Assembly: GCA_041665485.1 (NCBI GenBank)
Contig: JBAYIT010000001.1
Location: forward strand, 277,156-341,155
DNA length: 64,000 nucleotides
Direction of reading: 5' to 3'
Source of the DNA: Candidatus Shapirobacteria bacterium
GTDB lineage: Bacteria > Patescibacteriota > Microgenomatia > UBA12405
The notes beneath the pieces were generated by a model. It saw nothing but the letters and a program-made list of their open reading frames with translations. It ran no database searches and was not told the DNA's origin. A program made the translations under genes and the position numbers. Shown piece by piece: positions 37,494-45,209 of this stretch (its first letter is position 1; every line of letters begins with the position of its first letter).

Positions 37494-38621
37494 ATGAATG
37501 GGGATGGAAATCGAGAAAAGCCACTGCAAGCACTCGATGTGGTTACATACATAAGTAGAGGGGATAGATTAGGTCTAGAAGAATTGGAAAGGTGTGGAGG
37601 TAAGAATTGGAAAGTTGTGGCGGAAGTTGTGGCTCAAATCGGCGAGGATAAAAATATCGCTTGGTTTGGGAGCGGGGCGCATGAAGTGTTAGCCGGTGTG
37701 GCCGATGAGAGAATGAGAGGTGCGGTTGCTTATGATGTTGAGCATTACAGCTTGAGGAGTGTTTCTGATCTTGATCTAATAGTGGAAGATGATGTTGATT
37801 TGGTTGGCTTAATGGGAAAGATTGCTAGTATGGGTAACTGTTGCTTATTGACGCCAGAGGCTAATGGAGTTAGCCGAAACAGATTGGAATTGACGTTGGA
37901 TAACGGGTTAATAGTAGAAATTTCGCAGGTGGAAAATATCGAGGAACAAATGAAGAAAGTGATGTTGAGGCATCAAGGAGTAGGTTTAAGGCCGGTGTTG
38001 GAAAGTGGTAGAGTGGTGGGAGTAGAGGTTCTTGATGAAACTGATTATTTGGCAGACAATCCGGCTCCGTTTCGGGTGACTTCAATAAACCCGAATTGGG
38101 AGGGGAGTATAAAGTGGGGCGATTTGAAAATGGCCTTAAAGGCAGTGGCTTGGATGGCTCAAAAAGGCGGATCAGTGAAAAGTATTGATTGGAGAGTAAT
38201 TGGCGAGAAATTAATTGGTGAGGTAGAGGGTGGCCAAATTGGAGGAGAACAAATTGACTATATTAGGCAAAAAATGGCCAAGATGATGACGGATACATAT
38301 GCTTACAATCGGTTTGATTTTTGGCAGGCAATGGTGTTTAAAGTACCAGCGGTGGCGGTTTTTAGCCCAACGATGGCTAATGGGTTTATGGACCATCCGG
38401 AATGGCAGAATGGGATTTTACTGAAACTGCTGGCAGATGAGACGAGTGGAAGTAAAATTGAGGTTGAGCCACAAGTAATGTGGGAAGGGGTGATTGGGTT
38501 GATGGTAGCAGAAGCTACCAATGATGTTGACTTGGGGGTAGTGATAAGCGAATTGGCTGAAAATTGGCCAGATAAACATCGTGTTGATTGGGGTAAAATA
38601 AGTTCTGAAGATGGCAGATAA
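37494..38621 (+). CDS. Hypothetical protein
   Basis: 375 aa ORF; AAGGGGAGGAGG upstream; no recognisable family. Confidence 0.5.
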   Translation: MNGDGNREKPLQALDVVTYISRGDRLGLEELERCGGKNWKVVAEVVAQIGEDKNIAWFGSGAHEVLAGVADERMRGAVAYDVEHYSLRSVSDLDLIVEDDVDLVGLMGKIASMGNCCLLTPEANGVSRNRLELTLDNGLIVEISQVENIEEQMKKVMLRHQGVGLRPVLESGRVVGVEVLDETDYLADNPAPFRVTSINPNWEGSIKWGDLKMALKAVAWMAQKGGSVKSIDWRVIGEKLIGEVEGGQIGGEQIDYIRQKMAKMMTDTYAYNRFDFWQAMVFKVPAVAVFSPTMANGFMDHPEWQNGILLKLLADETSGSKIEVEPQVMWEGVIGLMVAEATNDVDLGVVISELAENWPDKHRVDWGKISSEDGR

Positions 38622-39852
38622 AAAGAAATTATTTGAAATGTTGCCGGCGACGAAAGAGTACTTTTTGACTTGGTTGCCAGCGATTTTAGATAAAGTAGAT
38701 AGAGGTGAGTCGGCGCAATTGGTGCATTTACCCTATACCGGAGCAACAGCTTTAATGAAGTTTTTTTTAGAGTGTGGCGAGATGGTGGTTGATGATTGGC
38801 AAGAAAGATGTGGCCAAAAAAAGTGGTTGTGGCTGGATTTGGAAAAAGAGGTTTTTGAGGTGGCTGACTTAAGTGGAGGAGAGGTGTATTTGGAAAAAGA
38901 AGTAACGGCTAAAATTAAAGAATGGAGCTGGGGTGAACAAAAACAGGTGGTGGTGGTGATAGATGAGGCGGCAAGATTAATTGATGGCAAGCCGGAATGG
39001 AGAAAGAGACTATATGATTGGTGGCGGATTAACCCAATGAAAATAAGCTTTGTTTATATTGTGGGCAGGGAAGTGGAGCCGGAAGCAACGAAAAAAAACT
39101 TGGGTTATCTTTGGACCAGTTTTTGGCAGGGGAGAGTTTGGATGCCCTTCCAAGACAAGCAAAGCCTAAGTAACACGGTTTCGAACCAGAAAAAGTGGCA
39201 TGGAATAAAAATAAGTAATAAAGAAGTGGAGCAAGTTGCTGGGGTGTGGGGAGGCTGGCCGTGTTTGGCGAGAGTATTATTGAGGCGACTTAACGATGAA
39301 AATCGAGCAGTGGCGGTGGGGTGGTTGGATGAGCCGAATTCGGAAAAAACAATAAATGAAGTTTTGGCAGACAAAGAGATTGACGGGTATTTTGCCGATT
39401 TGTGGCAGGCGATGGCTAAAGAGAGCCAAGATAATTTTTGGAGTGAGGACAAAAGCGAGTATGTGGTAAAAACTGGATTATGGGCAAGGAATGGGGGCAA
39501 GTGGGAGCTTAAAGTGCCCTGGTTTGGGGCATATGTAAAGCAAATTCAGGCTAAGAGTAACCCGGTGGTGGGGGAGAGTAAGGGAAAAATAAAGTGGAAT
39601 GGGAAAAATTTGGCTGACTTTTTAACCGCCAATGAATTGGCGATAATGGAGTTGTTGTGGGCCAGGGGCGGCGGGGTGGTGAGCCGGGAGGAATTGGCAA
39701 AAAGAGTCTGGGGAGAAAAGATGACGGAGAAATATTCGGATTGGGCGATTGATAAAATGCTGGCTCGGTTGAGAAAAAAACTAGGCGATAGTAGCCAGCG
39801 GCGGTGGATTCAGGTGGTAAAAGGCAGAGGTGTGCGACTAAATGTCCAGTAA
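38611..39852 (+). CDS. Putative transcriptional regulator: N-terminal ATPase-like region + C-terminal OmpR/PhoB-type winged helix
   Basis: C-terminus LTANELAIMELLWARGGGVVSREELAKRVWGEKMTEKYSDWAIDKMLARLRKKLGDSSQRRWIQVVKGRGVRL (trans_reg_C-like); N-terminal VVVVIDEAARLIDG (Walker-B-like). Confidence 0.55.
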   Translation: MADKKKLFEMLPATKEYFLTWLPAILDKVDRGESAQLVHLPYTGATALMKFFLECGEMVVDDWQERCGQKKWLWLDLEKEVFEVADLSGGEVYLEKEVTAKIKEWSWGEQKQVVVVIDEAARLIDGKPEWRKRLYDWWRINPMKISFVYIVGREVEPEATKKNLGYLWTSFWQGRVWMPFQDKQSLSNTVSNQKKWHGIKISNKEVEQVAGVWGGWPCLARVLLRRLNDENRAVAVGWLDEPNSEKTINEVLADKEIDGYFADLWQAMAKESQDNFWSEDKSEYVVKTGLWARNGGKWELKVPWFGAYVKQIQAKSNPVVGESKGKIKWNGKNLADFLTANELAIMELLWARGGGVVSREELAKRVWGEKMTEKYSDWAIDKMLARLRKKLGDSSQRRWIQVVKGRGVRLNVQ

Positions 39853-39910
39853 AGGTCAAGATTGTTGGTGAATAGTGTTTTATTATAGGGCTGTTAAAGG
39901 TTAAATATAT
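39841..39910 (+). repeat. 70-bp inter-cassette repeat, copy A
   Basis: aatgtccagtaaaggtcaagattgttggtgaatagtgttttattatagggctgttaaaggttaaatata; begins at the stop of the preceding gene. Confidence 0.8.
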
Positions 39911-39911
39911 T

Positions 39912-40223
39912 ATGAGACATGATACATTAAATGCTATTGTTGGTTTTTCTATGTTTATTACTGGTGCTGTTGCGGGTACAATTTCAACAGTAGATATCGC
40001 GGTAAATAGGATGGGTTTTTTAGGTTTGCCTACCTGTAGAACTCAAGGCAATGCGTCTCTTCCAGACGTAGGATTTCCAGGGGATGCTTCTGAGCGAGGA
40101 ATTAGTGCTGATGCCAATGGAACTCGGGTAAGTTATGTTTGGAATGGAACTGAATATGAGGTTTATTTTGGTCCAGGTTGCCAGATGTCAAAACTGTCAA
40201 CTTCTCCAGCGCCTGTTAAATAG
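39912..40223 (+). CDS. Hypothetical small secreted protein (N-terminal signal/TM helix)
   Basis: MRHDTLNAIVGFSMFITGAVAGTISTVDIAVN...; 103 aa. Confidence 0.4.
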   Translation: MRHDTLNAIVGFSMFITGAVAGTISTVDIAVNRMGFLGLPTCRTQGNASLPDVGFPGDASERGISADANGTRVSYVWNGTEYEVYFGPGCQMSKLSTSPAPVK

Positions 40224-40255
40224 TGTAAAGGAAAAAATGAATACTTATCAAATGT

Positions 40256-40324
40256 CCAGTAAAGGTCAAGATTGTTAGGGAATAGTGTTTTATTATAGGG
40301 CTGTTAAAGGTTAAATATAAAAAT
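40256..40324 (+). repeat. 70-bp inter-cassette repeat, copy B
   Basis: aatgtccagtaaaggtcaagattgttagggaatagtgttttattatagggctgttaaaggttaaatata (2 mismatches vs copy A). Confidence 0.8.
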
Positions 40325-40628
40325 GAGTGAGAGAAACATTGGTTTTCAACCAGAACCCAAACTTACAACTAGAGACCGATTAGAGTCGCTAATTAATGGT
40401 GGGGATTCGGTTTGGCTGGCGTTTTTGAATTTGCTTTTTATTTTCATAACTCCGGAAGCCTATGAACAAATTGGGCCTTGTGGGTTACTTCCGGTTCTTA
40501 CCCTTACAATAGCGGTTGCTGAGGATATATCACATAATTATAGTAAGGGTTGTAGACGGATTATTGAAGAGAAGAGATCTGTGGAGGCTATGGTGAATCG
40601 TGAAATGTCCAGTAAAGGTCAAGATTAA
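40323..40628 (+). CDS. Hypothetical small membrane protein
   Basis: 101 aa; hydrophobic core VWLAFLNLLFIFITP; C-terminal MSSKGQD* is encoded by the repeat. Confidence 0.4.
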   Translation: MSERNIGFQPEPKLTTRDRLESLINGGDSVWLAFLNLLFIFITPEAYEQIGPCGLLPVLTLTIAVAEDISHNYSKGCRRIIEEKRSVEAMVNREMSSKGQD

Positions 40629-40670
40629 ATATGAATAGTATTTTAATATAGGGTATTGAAAGTTAATTAA
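40603..40670 (+). repeat. 70-bp inter-cassette repeat, copy C (degenerate)
   Basis: aatgtccagtaaaggtcaagatt-aaatatgaatagtattttaatatagggtattgaaagttaat. Confidence 0.6.
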
Positions 40671-40675
40671 GAAAA

Positions 40676-41176
40676 ATGATAAACCCAATTGAGGCTAGTT
40701 GCCAAGGTCGTCCGAAATGGTGTAAATATGAATCTGGTCCTTATCATGATTATGCTGGTTACTATTTTCATGTTTTGACAGACAGATTTATTGGGTTGAG
40801 TCGATTTATTCCCAGAAGGGAATGGGAAATAATAATTGGTGGTGCTCGTTGGGTTGACAAAAAATGGGAAGATGGAGATGGAGTTCTTTGGGGTGTTGAG
40901 CTGTGGAAAGATGTAATTGACCATGCTTGCGACGGTCTTTTTCTGCGTAGGTTTGGCAAGCAAGTCATAAGAATAGAGGTTAAGGATTTGGGGTCGGTTG
41001 GACGAAAGTTGAGTTGTCAAGATTATAACGCAGGAAATTGGTCTGGAGATGAGTGGAGTGTGGGAGACAGTGATCAAAATGACGTGGTTTGGAGCAACTA
41101 TTGGGATAAGATGCTGAAGTTGGATAACTTTAGGGACGAATTTCAAGAAGCGTTGGAGCGAAGGAGGGAGAAATGA
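40676..41176 (+). CDS. Hypothetical protein
   Basis: 166 aa ORF, Trp-rich; no recognisable family. Confidence 0.4.
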   Translation: MINPIEASCQGRPKWCKYESGPYHDYAGYYFHVLTDRFIGLSRFIPRREWEIIIGGARWVDKKWEDGDGVLWGVELWKDVIDHACDGLFLRRFGKQVIRIEVKDLGSVGRKLSCQDYNAGNWSGDEWSVGDSDQNDVVWSNYWDKMLKLDNFRDEFQEALERRREK

Positions 41177-41559
41177 GTGAGAGAATTAGGGTTGTTGACT
41201 TGCCAAGGGGGTTTACGCCAACGGATGTACCGGTTAAGGTTGTTAAGATCGGATTAGGAGATTGTGGGGTGGTGGTTGAGTGTCCGAAGGTGGGGGTGGC
41301 GGATGTGCGACTTGTGAAGGGAGATTGTGGAATAAATTGGGTTAGTTCTCCTATTTCGTATGGAGATAGGGTGGTGGGGGTGGGGGTGGACGAGGTGCCA
41401 GCAGAACAGCGAGAAGAAATGTGGAAGGGATTATTGACGAGGGCGAGGGAGGGTGGTGGGGATAGATACTTATTAAACGCTCTGCCGGAATTATTGGTTA
41501 AATTGGGATATGTTTGGGACGGAAAAACAGATTTTGAAGGAGTTAGTCTACGGCGGTAG
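41173..41559 (+). CDS. Hypothetical protein
   Basis: 128 aa ORF overlapping previous stop by 4 nt (ATGA). Confidence 0.4.
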   Translation: MSERIRVVDLPRGFTPTDVPVKVVKIGLGDCGVVVECPKVGVADVRLVKGDCGINWVSSPISYGDRVVGVGVDEVPAEQREEMWKGLLTRAREGGGDRYLLNALPELLVKLGYVWDGKTDFEGVSLRR

Positions 41560-41573
41560 TGTAAAATGAACTA

Positions 41574-42560
41574 ATGGACTACAAAATTGGTTTTTTTGGA
41601 GTGAAGAGTTGGGAGAGGGAGGCGATTGAAAGGGAAATAATCAGATTGCCTTCGTTTGGGGTGGGAATATTTGAAAAAGAGGTGCAGGACGATGTGGAAT
41701 TAGCCTCTAAATACGATGTAATTTCGACCTTCATTTATTCGAATTTAACCAAGGACGTTTTGAAAAAGTTGCCGAATTTAAAAATGGTGGCGGCTAGATC
41801 AACGGGAACAGATCATGTGGACTGTGATGAGTGCATGAAAAGGTCAATTGTGGTGAAAAATGTGCCGGAATATGGGTCTCGAACGGTGGCAGAATACGCG
41901 ATTGCCCTGATGATGGCGATAACCAAAAAAATAATTCCGGCCCACCAGTCGGTGGAGGATGGAGAATTTAGCCCGGAAGGGTTGACGGGGATTGATCTAT
42001 TTGGTAAGACTTTGGGAGTAGTGGGAGTGGGTAAGATTGGTGAGAATGTGGTTAAACTAGGGCGAGCACTGGGAATGAAAGTAGTTGGGGTGGAGAGAAA
42101 GAGAGATGAAAAGCTGGCCAAGAGATTGGGATTTAGGTATGTGGAACTAGAGGAGTGCTTAAAGATAGCAGATGTAATTAGCTTGCATGTGCCGTCAATT
42201 CCGGCAACATATCATCTGATTAACAAACAAAATATTAAATTAATGAAAAAAGGCTCGTATTTGATTAATACTTGTCGGGGGCCGGTGGTGGAATCGTCGG
42301 CTTTGGTGTGGGCCCTTAATAATAAAATTTTGGCGGGAGTGGGCTTGGATGTGGTGGAGGAGGAAAACAAAGTAGAGAGTATATCGGTGGTGATGACTGA
42401 TGAGACAAAAAAGTCGGATTTGCAGGATATCTTAAGTTTTCATTTGCTACGTGATAGAGACGATGTGGTGATGACGCCCCATAATGCTTTTAATACCAGG
42501 GAAGCAATTGGGCGGATTGTGGCAACAACGGTGGATAATATAATACAGTTTATCAAGTGA
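41574..42560 (+). CDS. D-isomer-specific 2-hydroxyacid dehydrogenase (D-lactate/phosphoglycerate dehydrogenase family)
   Basis: NAD-binding GKTLGVVGVGKIGENVVKLGRALGMKVVGVER; catalytic region ...HVPS...TCRGPVV...MTPHNAF. Confidence 0.85.
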   Translation: MDYKIGFFGVKSWEREAIEREIIRLPSFGVGIFEKEVQDDVELASKYDVISTFIYSNLTKDVLKKLPNLKMVAARSTGTDHVDCDECMKRSIVVKNVPEYGSRTVAEYAIALMMAITKKIIPAHQSVEDGEFSPEGLTGIDLFGKTLGVVGVGKIGENVVKLGRALGMKVVGVERKRDEKLAKRLGFRYVELEECLKIADVISLHVPSIPATYHLINKQNIKLMKKGSYLINTCRGPVVESSALVWALNNKILAGVGLDVVEEENKVESISVVMTDETKKSDLQDILSFHLLRDRDDVVMTPHNAFNTREAIGRIVATTVDNIIQFIK

Positions 42561-42660
42561 CAAGTTAGAAAGTTTATCAAGTGACAAGTTAGAAAGTTTA
42601 TCAAGTGACAAGTTAGAAAGTTTATCAAGTTGCAAGTTCGTCAAGTTAAAAGTTTGTCTA
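42548..42660 (+). repeat. Tandem 24-bp repeat (gtttatcaagtgacaagttagaaa) x3 perfect + degenerate copies, first copy includes the dehydrogenase stop codon
   Basis: Units at 42548, 42572, 42596, degenerate from 42620. Confidence 0.85.
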
Positions 42661-42663
42661 GTT

Positions 42664-43008
42664 GTGGGGTTTGAAAGATTTGAGGAAATTTTAAGTTGGA
42701 AAAAAGCGAGAGAGTTGAATATTGTTGTTTATAAGTTATTTGGAACTTGTAGGGATTTTTCGTTTAAAGACCAGATTTGCAGAGCTTCGGTCTCAATAAT
42801 GAATAACATTGCTGAAGGGTATGAAAGAAAAACGAACTTGGAATTCAAAAGATTTTTGTACATTTCGAAAGGTTCGTGTGGTGAAGTTAGATCAATGCTG
42901 TATTTGGCCAATGATTTGGGTTATATTGATGGTGGAATGATGGTGAATTTGTCGGATATGTGTATTGAGATTTCAAAAATGCTTTCTGGTTTGATAAAAT
43001 CTTTGTAG
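42664..43008 (+). CDS. Four-helix-bundle protein (family typically encoded inside 23S rRNA intervening sequences)
   Basis: ...VVYKLFGTCRDFSFKDQICRASVSIMNNIAEGYERKTNLEFKRFLYISKGSCGEVRSMLYLANDLGYI... Confidence 0.65.
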   Translation: MGFERFEEILSWKKARELNIVVYKLFGTCRDFSFKDQICRASVSIMNNIAEGYERKTNLEFKRFLYISKGSCGEVRSMLYLANDLGYIDGGMMVNLSDMCIEISKMLSGLIKSL

Positions 43009-43009
43009 G

Positions 43010-43049
43010 TTTACTTGATAAACTTTATAACTTTAAACTTGTAACTTAT
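43010..43049 (+). promoter_or_regulatory. Conserved AT-rich upstream element TTTACTTGATAAACTTTATAACTTT (shared with rplJ upstream region)
   Basis: gtttacttgataaactttataactttaaacttgtaacttatATG; gene-sense copy upstream of rplJ: ttttacttgataaactttataaacttttaactttataactaaacATG. Confidence 0.4.
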
Positions 43050-44090
43050 ATGAAACCAATATTGATCTGTGGCGGTGTTGGAACTAAAATGTGGCCGGAG
43101 TCGAGACCAGAGAAGCCGAAACATTTTTTGCCGTTGATTGATGATAAGTCGCTTTTTAGGTTGAATTATGAAACTTTGTTGAAAAAATTCAAGCCGGAAG
43201 AAATTTTTGTACAAACCACCGAATTTCAAAAGGGGTTAGTGAAGACTGAGGCACCAGAGATCCCCGAAAAGAATATTTTTTTGGAGCCGGAAGTAAGAAA
43301 TACTGGTCCGGCAATTGGACTGACGGCGGCCTTGTTGTCAAGAATGGGTTATGGGGATGAGCCGTTTGTATTGATTCAAGTTGATGATTTAAGAGAACCC
43401 GATGATAGATTTTTGGAAATGATAGAAGTGACGGGAAAGATGGCATTGGAGAGCGATAAATATATAACTGGTGGTTTTAAGCCAGAGAGAGTGGTGCGGG
43501 GGGTTGATTATTTGGTAAAAGGGAGACTCCTTTCTAAGGAGAATGGAATTGTGGTTTATGAAGTAGCAGATTATATAGACAGAACTGAAACGGAAAAGAT
43601 TGAGAAGTATCTTGGTTCAGAGGATTTGCTGTTGCATACAAATCACACAACGATGACCCCAAATAATTATCTGAAAATGTACCGTGAATTAAGAAGTGAT
43701 TGGTATGAACCTTTGGCGGCAATTGTTGCTGGTGGTGATGTTAATGAAAACTTTATGAAGATGACGAAGGGGCCTCAAGAAGAGGTAACACCGACGATGC
43801 ATCGAAGTGGACGGTCTATTGTGGTGGAGATACCATTTAAATGGGTGGATTTTGGAACATGGGAATCGGTAGCAATTTATCAAGAGACAAGAGATAAGAA
43901 GCCAGAGTTAAGAGCTAAGATTGAAATAGAAGCAAGTAATAATTTTGTCAGGATGAGTGATCCGAATAAGCCGGTGGCGTTGATTGGAGTCAGTGATTTA
44001 GTGGTGGTGGATACGCCAAATGGATTATTGATTTGTAAAAAAGATCAGTCGGGAAGAGTGGGTGAAGTAGTGAAAGCATTAGAAGCATGA
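43050..44090 (+). CDS. Sugar-1-phosphate nucleotidyltransferase, mannose-1-phosphate guanylyltransferase-like (paralog 1)
   Basis: MKPILICGGVGTKMWPESRPEKPKHFLPL (ICGGxGTxxWP signature), NTGPAIGL. Confidence 0.7.
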   Translation: MKPILICGGVGTKMWPESRPEKPKHFLPLIDDKSLFRLNYETLLKKFKPEEIFVQTTEFQKGLVKTEAPEIPEKNIFLEPEVRNTGPAIGLTAALLSRMGYGDEPFVLIQVDDLREPDDRFLEMIEVTGKMALESDKYITGGFKPERVVRGVDYLVKGRLLSKENGIVVYEVADYIDRTETEKIEKYLGSEDLLLHTNHTTMTPNNYLKMYRELRSDWYEPLAAIVAGGDVNENFMKMTKGPQEEVTPTMHRSGRSIVVEIPFKWVDFGTWESVAIYQETRDKKPELRAKIEIEASNNFVRMSDPNKPVALIGVSDLVVVDTPNGLLICKKDQSGRVGEVVKALEA

Positions 44091-45112
44091 ATTTAGTATT
44101 AATCTGTGGGGGGACGGGGACAAAGATGTGGCCGGAGTCAACTCCCGACAAACCAAAACAGTTTTTGCCGTTTATAGATGGCAAGTCGACTCTAAGAGTT
44201 AATTTTGAGCGGTTAGCCAAATTTGTCTATCTTAATAAAATTTGGGTACTGACGACGAAGGATTTGGCGCCGTTGGTAAAACTGGAGTTACCGGAGGTTG
44301 ATGTAGATCATTATGTGATTGAACCAGCCAGGAAAAATCATGGGCCGGCAATTGGTTTGTTATCGACAAGATTAGCCAAAATTGACCCAAATGAGCCATT
44401 TATGATTGTCCAAACGGATGTAATTCGGGAGCCAGAAACTGCTTTTCGGGAGATGGTGATGTTGGCCGAAGAGGTGGTTAATCGAACCGGTAAATTGATT
44501 ACTGCTGGTTATAGGGCTAAAGAAATGGTGGCAGGGGTAGATTATATGGAAATTGAGGAATTGAAAAGTAATCATCATGTGACTTATGGGAAGGTTAAAA
44601 AGTGGTTAACTAGGGACAAAGTTGTGGAAATTAAACGGGCAGTAAAATTGGGAAAGGCCTATGTTCATGCGACCCATATTTGTTGGAGGCCAGGGTTGAT
44701 GTTGGAAGCAATAAAAGAACTTAAACCGGATTGGTGGAATTGTCTTAAAGACGTTTTGGAGGCAGAAAGCCAGTATCTAAAGATGGAGCCGGGGTCGATT
44801 GAAAATGAAATTATTAGTCACAAAATTAAGGGAGGTTATGTGATAGAAATGCCATTTGAATGGCATGACTTGGGGACGTGGGCGTCTGTGGCAATTTATC
44901 AAGAGACAAGAGATAAGAAGCCAGAGTTAAGAGCTAAGATTGAAATAGAAGCAAATAATAATTTTGTTCGGGTGAGTGATGAAAAAAAGCCAGTGGCATT
45001 GATTGGAGTCAGTGATTTGGTGGTGGTGGATACGCCAAATGGATTATTGATTTGTAAAAAAGATCAGAGCGGGAGAGTGGGGGAGGTGGTGAAGGAGTTG
45101 GAAGGATTATAA
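44087..45112 (+). CDS. Sugar-1-phosphate nucleotidyltransferase, mannose-1-phosphate guanylyltransferase-like (paralog 2)
   Basis: MNLVLICGGTGTKMWPESTPDKPKQFLPF; last ~75 aa almost identical to paralog 1. Confidence 0.7.
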   Translation: MNLVLICGGTGTKMWPESTPDKPKQFLPFIDGKSTLRVNFERLAKFVYLNKIWVLTTKDLAPLVKLELPEVDVDHYVIEPARKNHGPAIGLLSTRLAKIDPNEPFMIVQTDVIREPETAFREMVMLAEEVVNRTGKLITAGYRAKEMVAGVDYMEIEELKSNHHVTYGKVKKWLTRDKVVEIKRAVKLGKAYVHATHICWRPGLMLEAIKELKPDWWNCLKDVLEAESQYLKMEPGSIENEIISHKIKGGYVIEMPFEWHDLGTWASVAIYQETRDKKPELRAKIEIEANNNFVRVSDEKKPVALIGVSDLVVVDTPNGLLICKKDQSGRVGEVVKELEGL

Positions 45113-45209
45113 TGAATTATGAAAGATAGAAATCGGGTAAGTAAATTTATTTTGAATAAAGTGGAATTAAGGAAATTAGTGGCCGGAATAAAAGAGTTTA
45201 GAAAGTCGT

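Noticed and set aside
42548-42660. CRISPR-like array
   Set aside because: Perfect head-to-tail 24-bp tandem copies without unique spacers, and no cas genes in the window.
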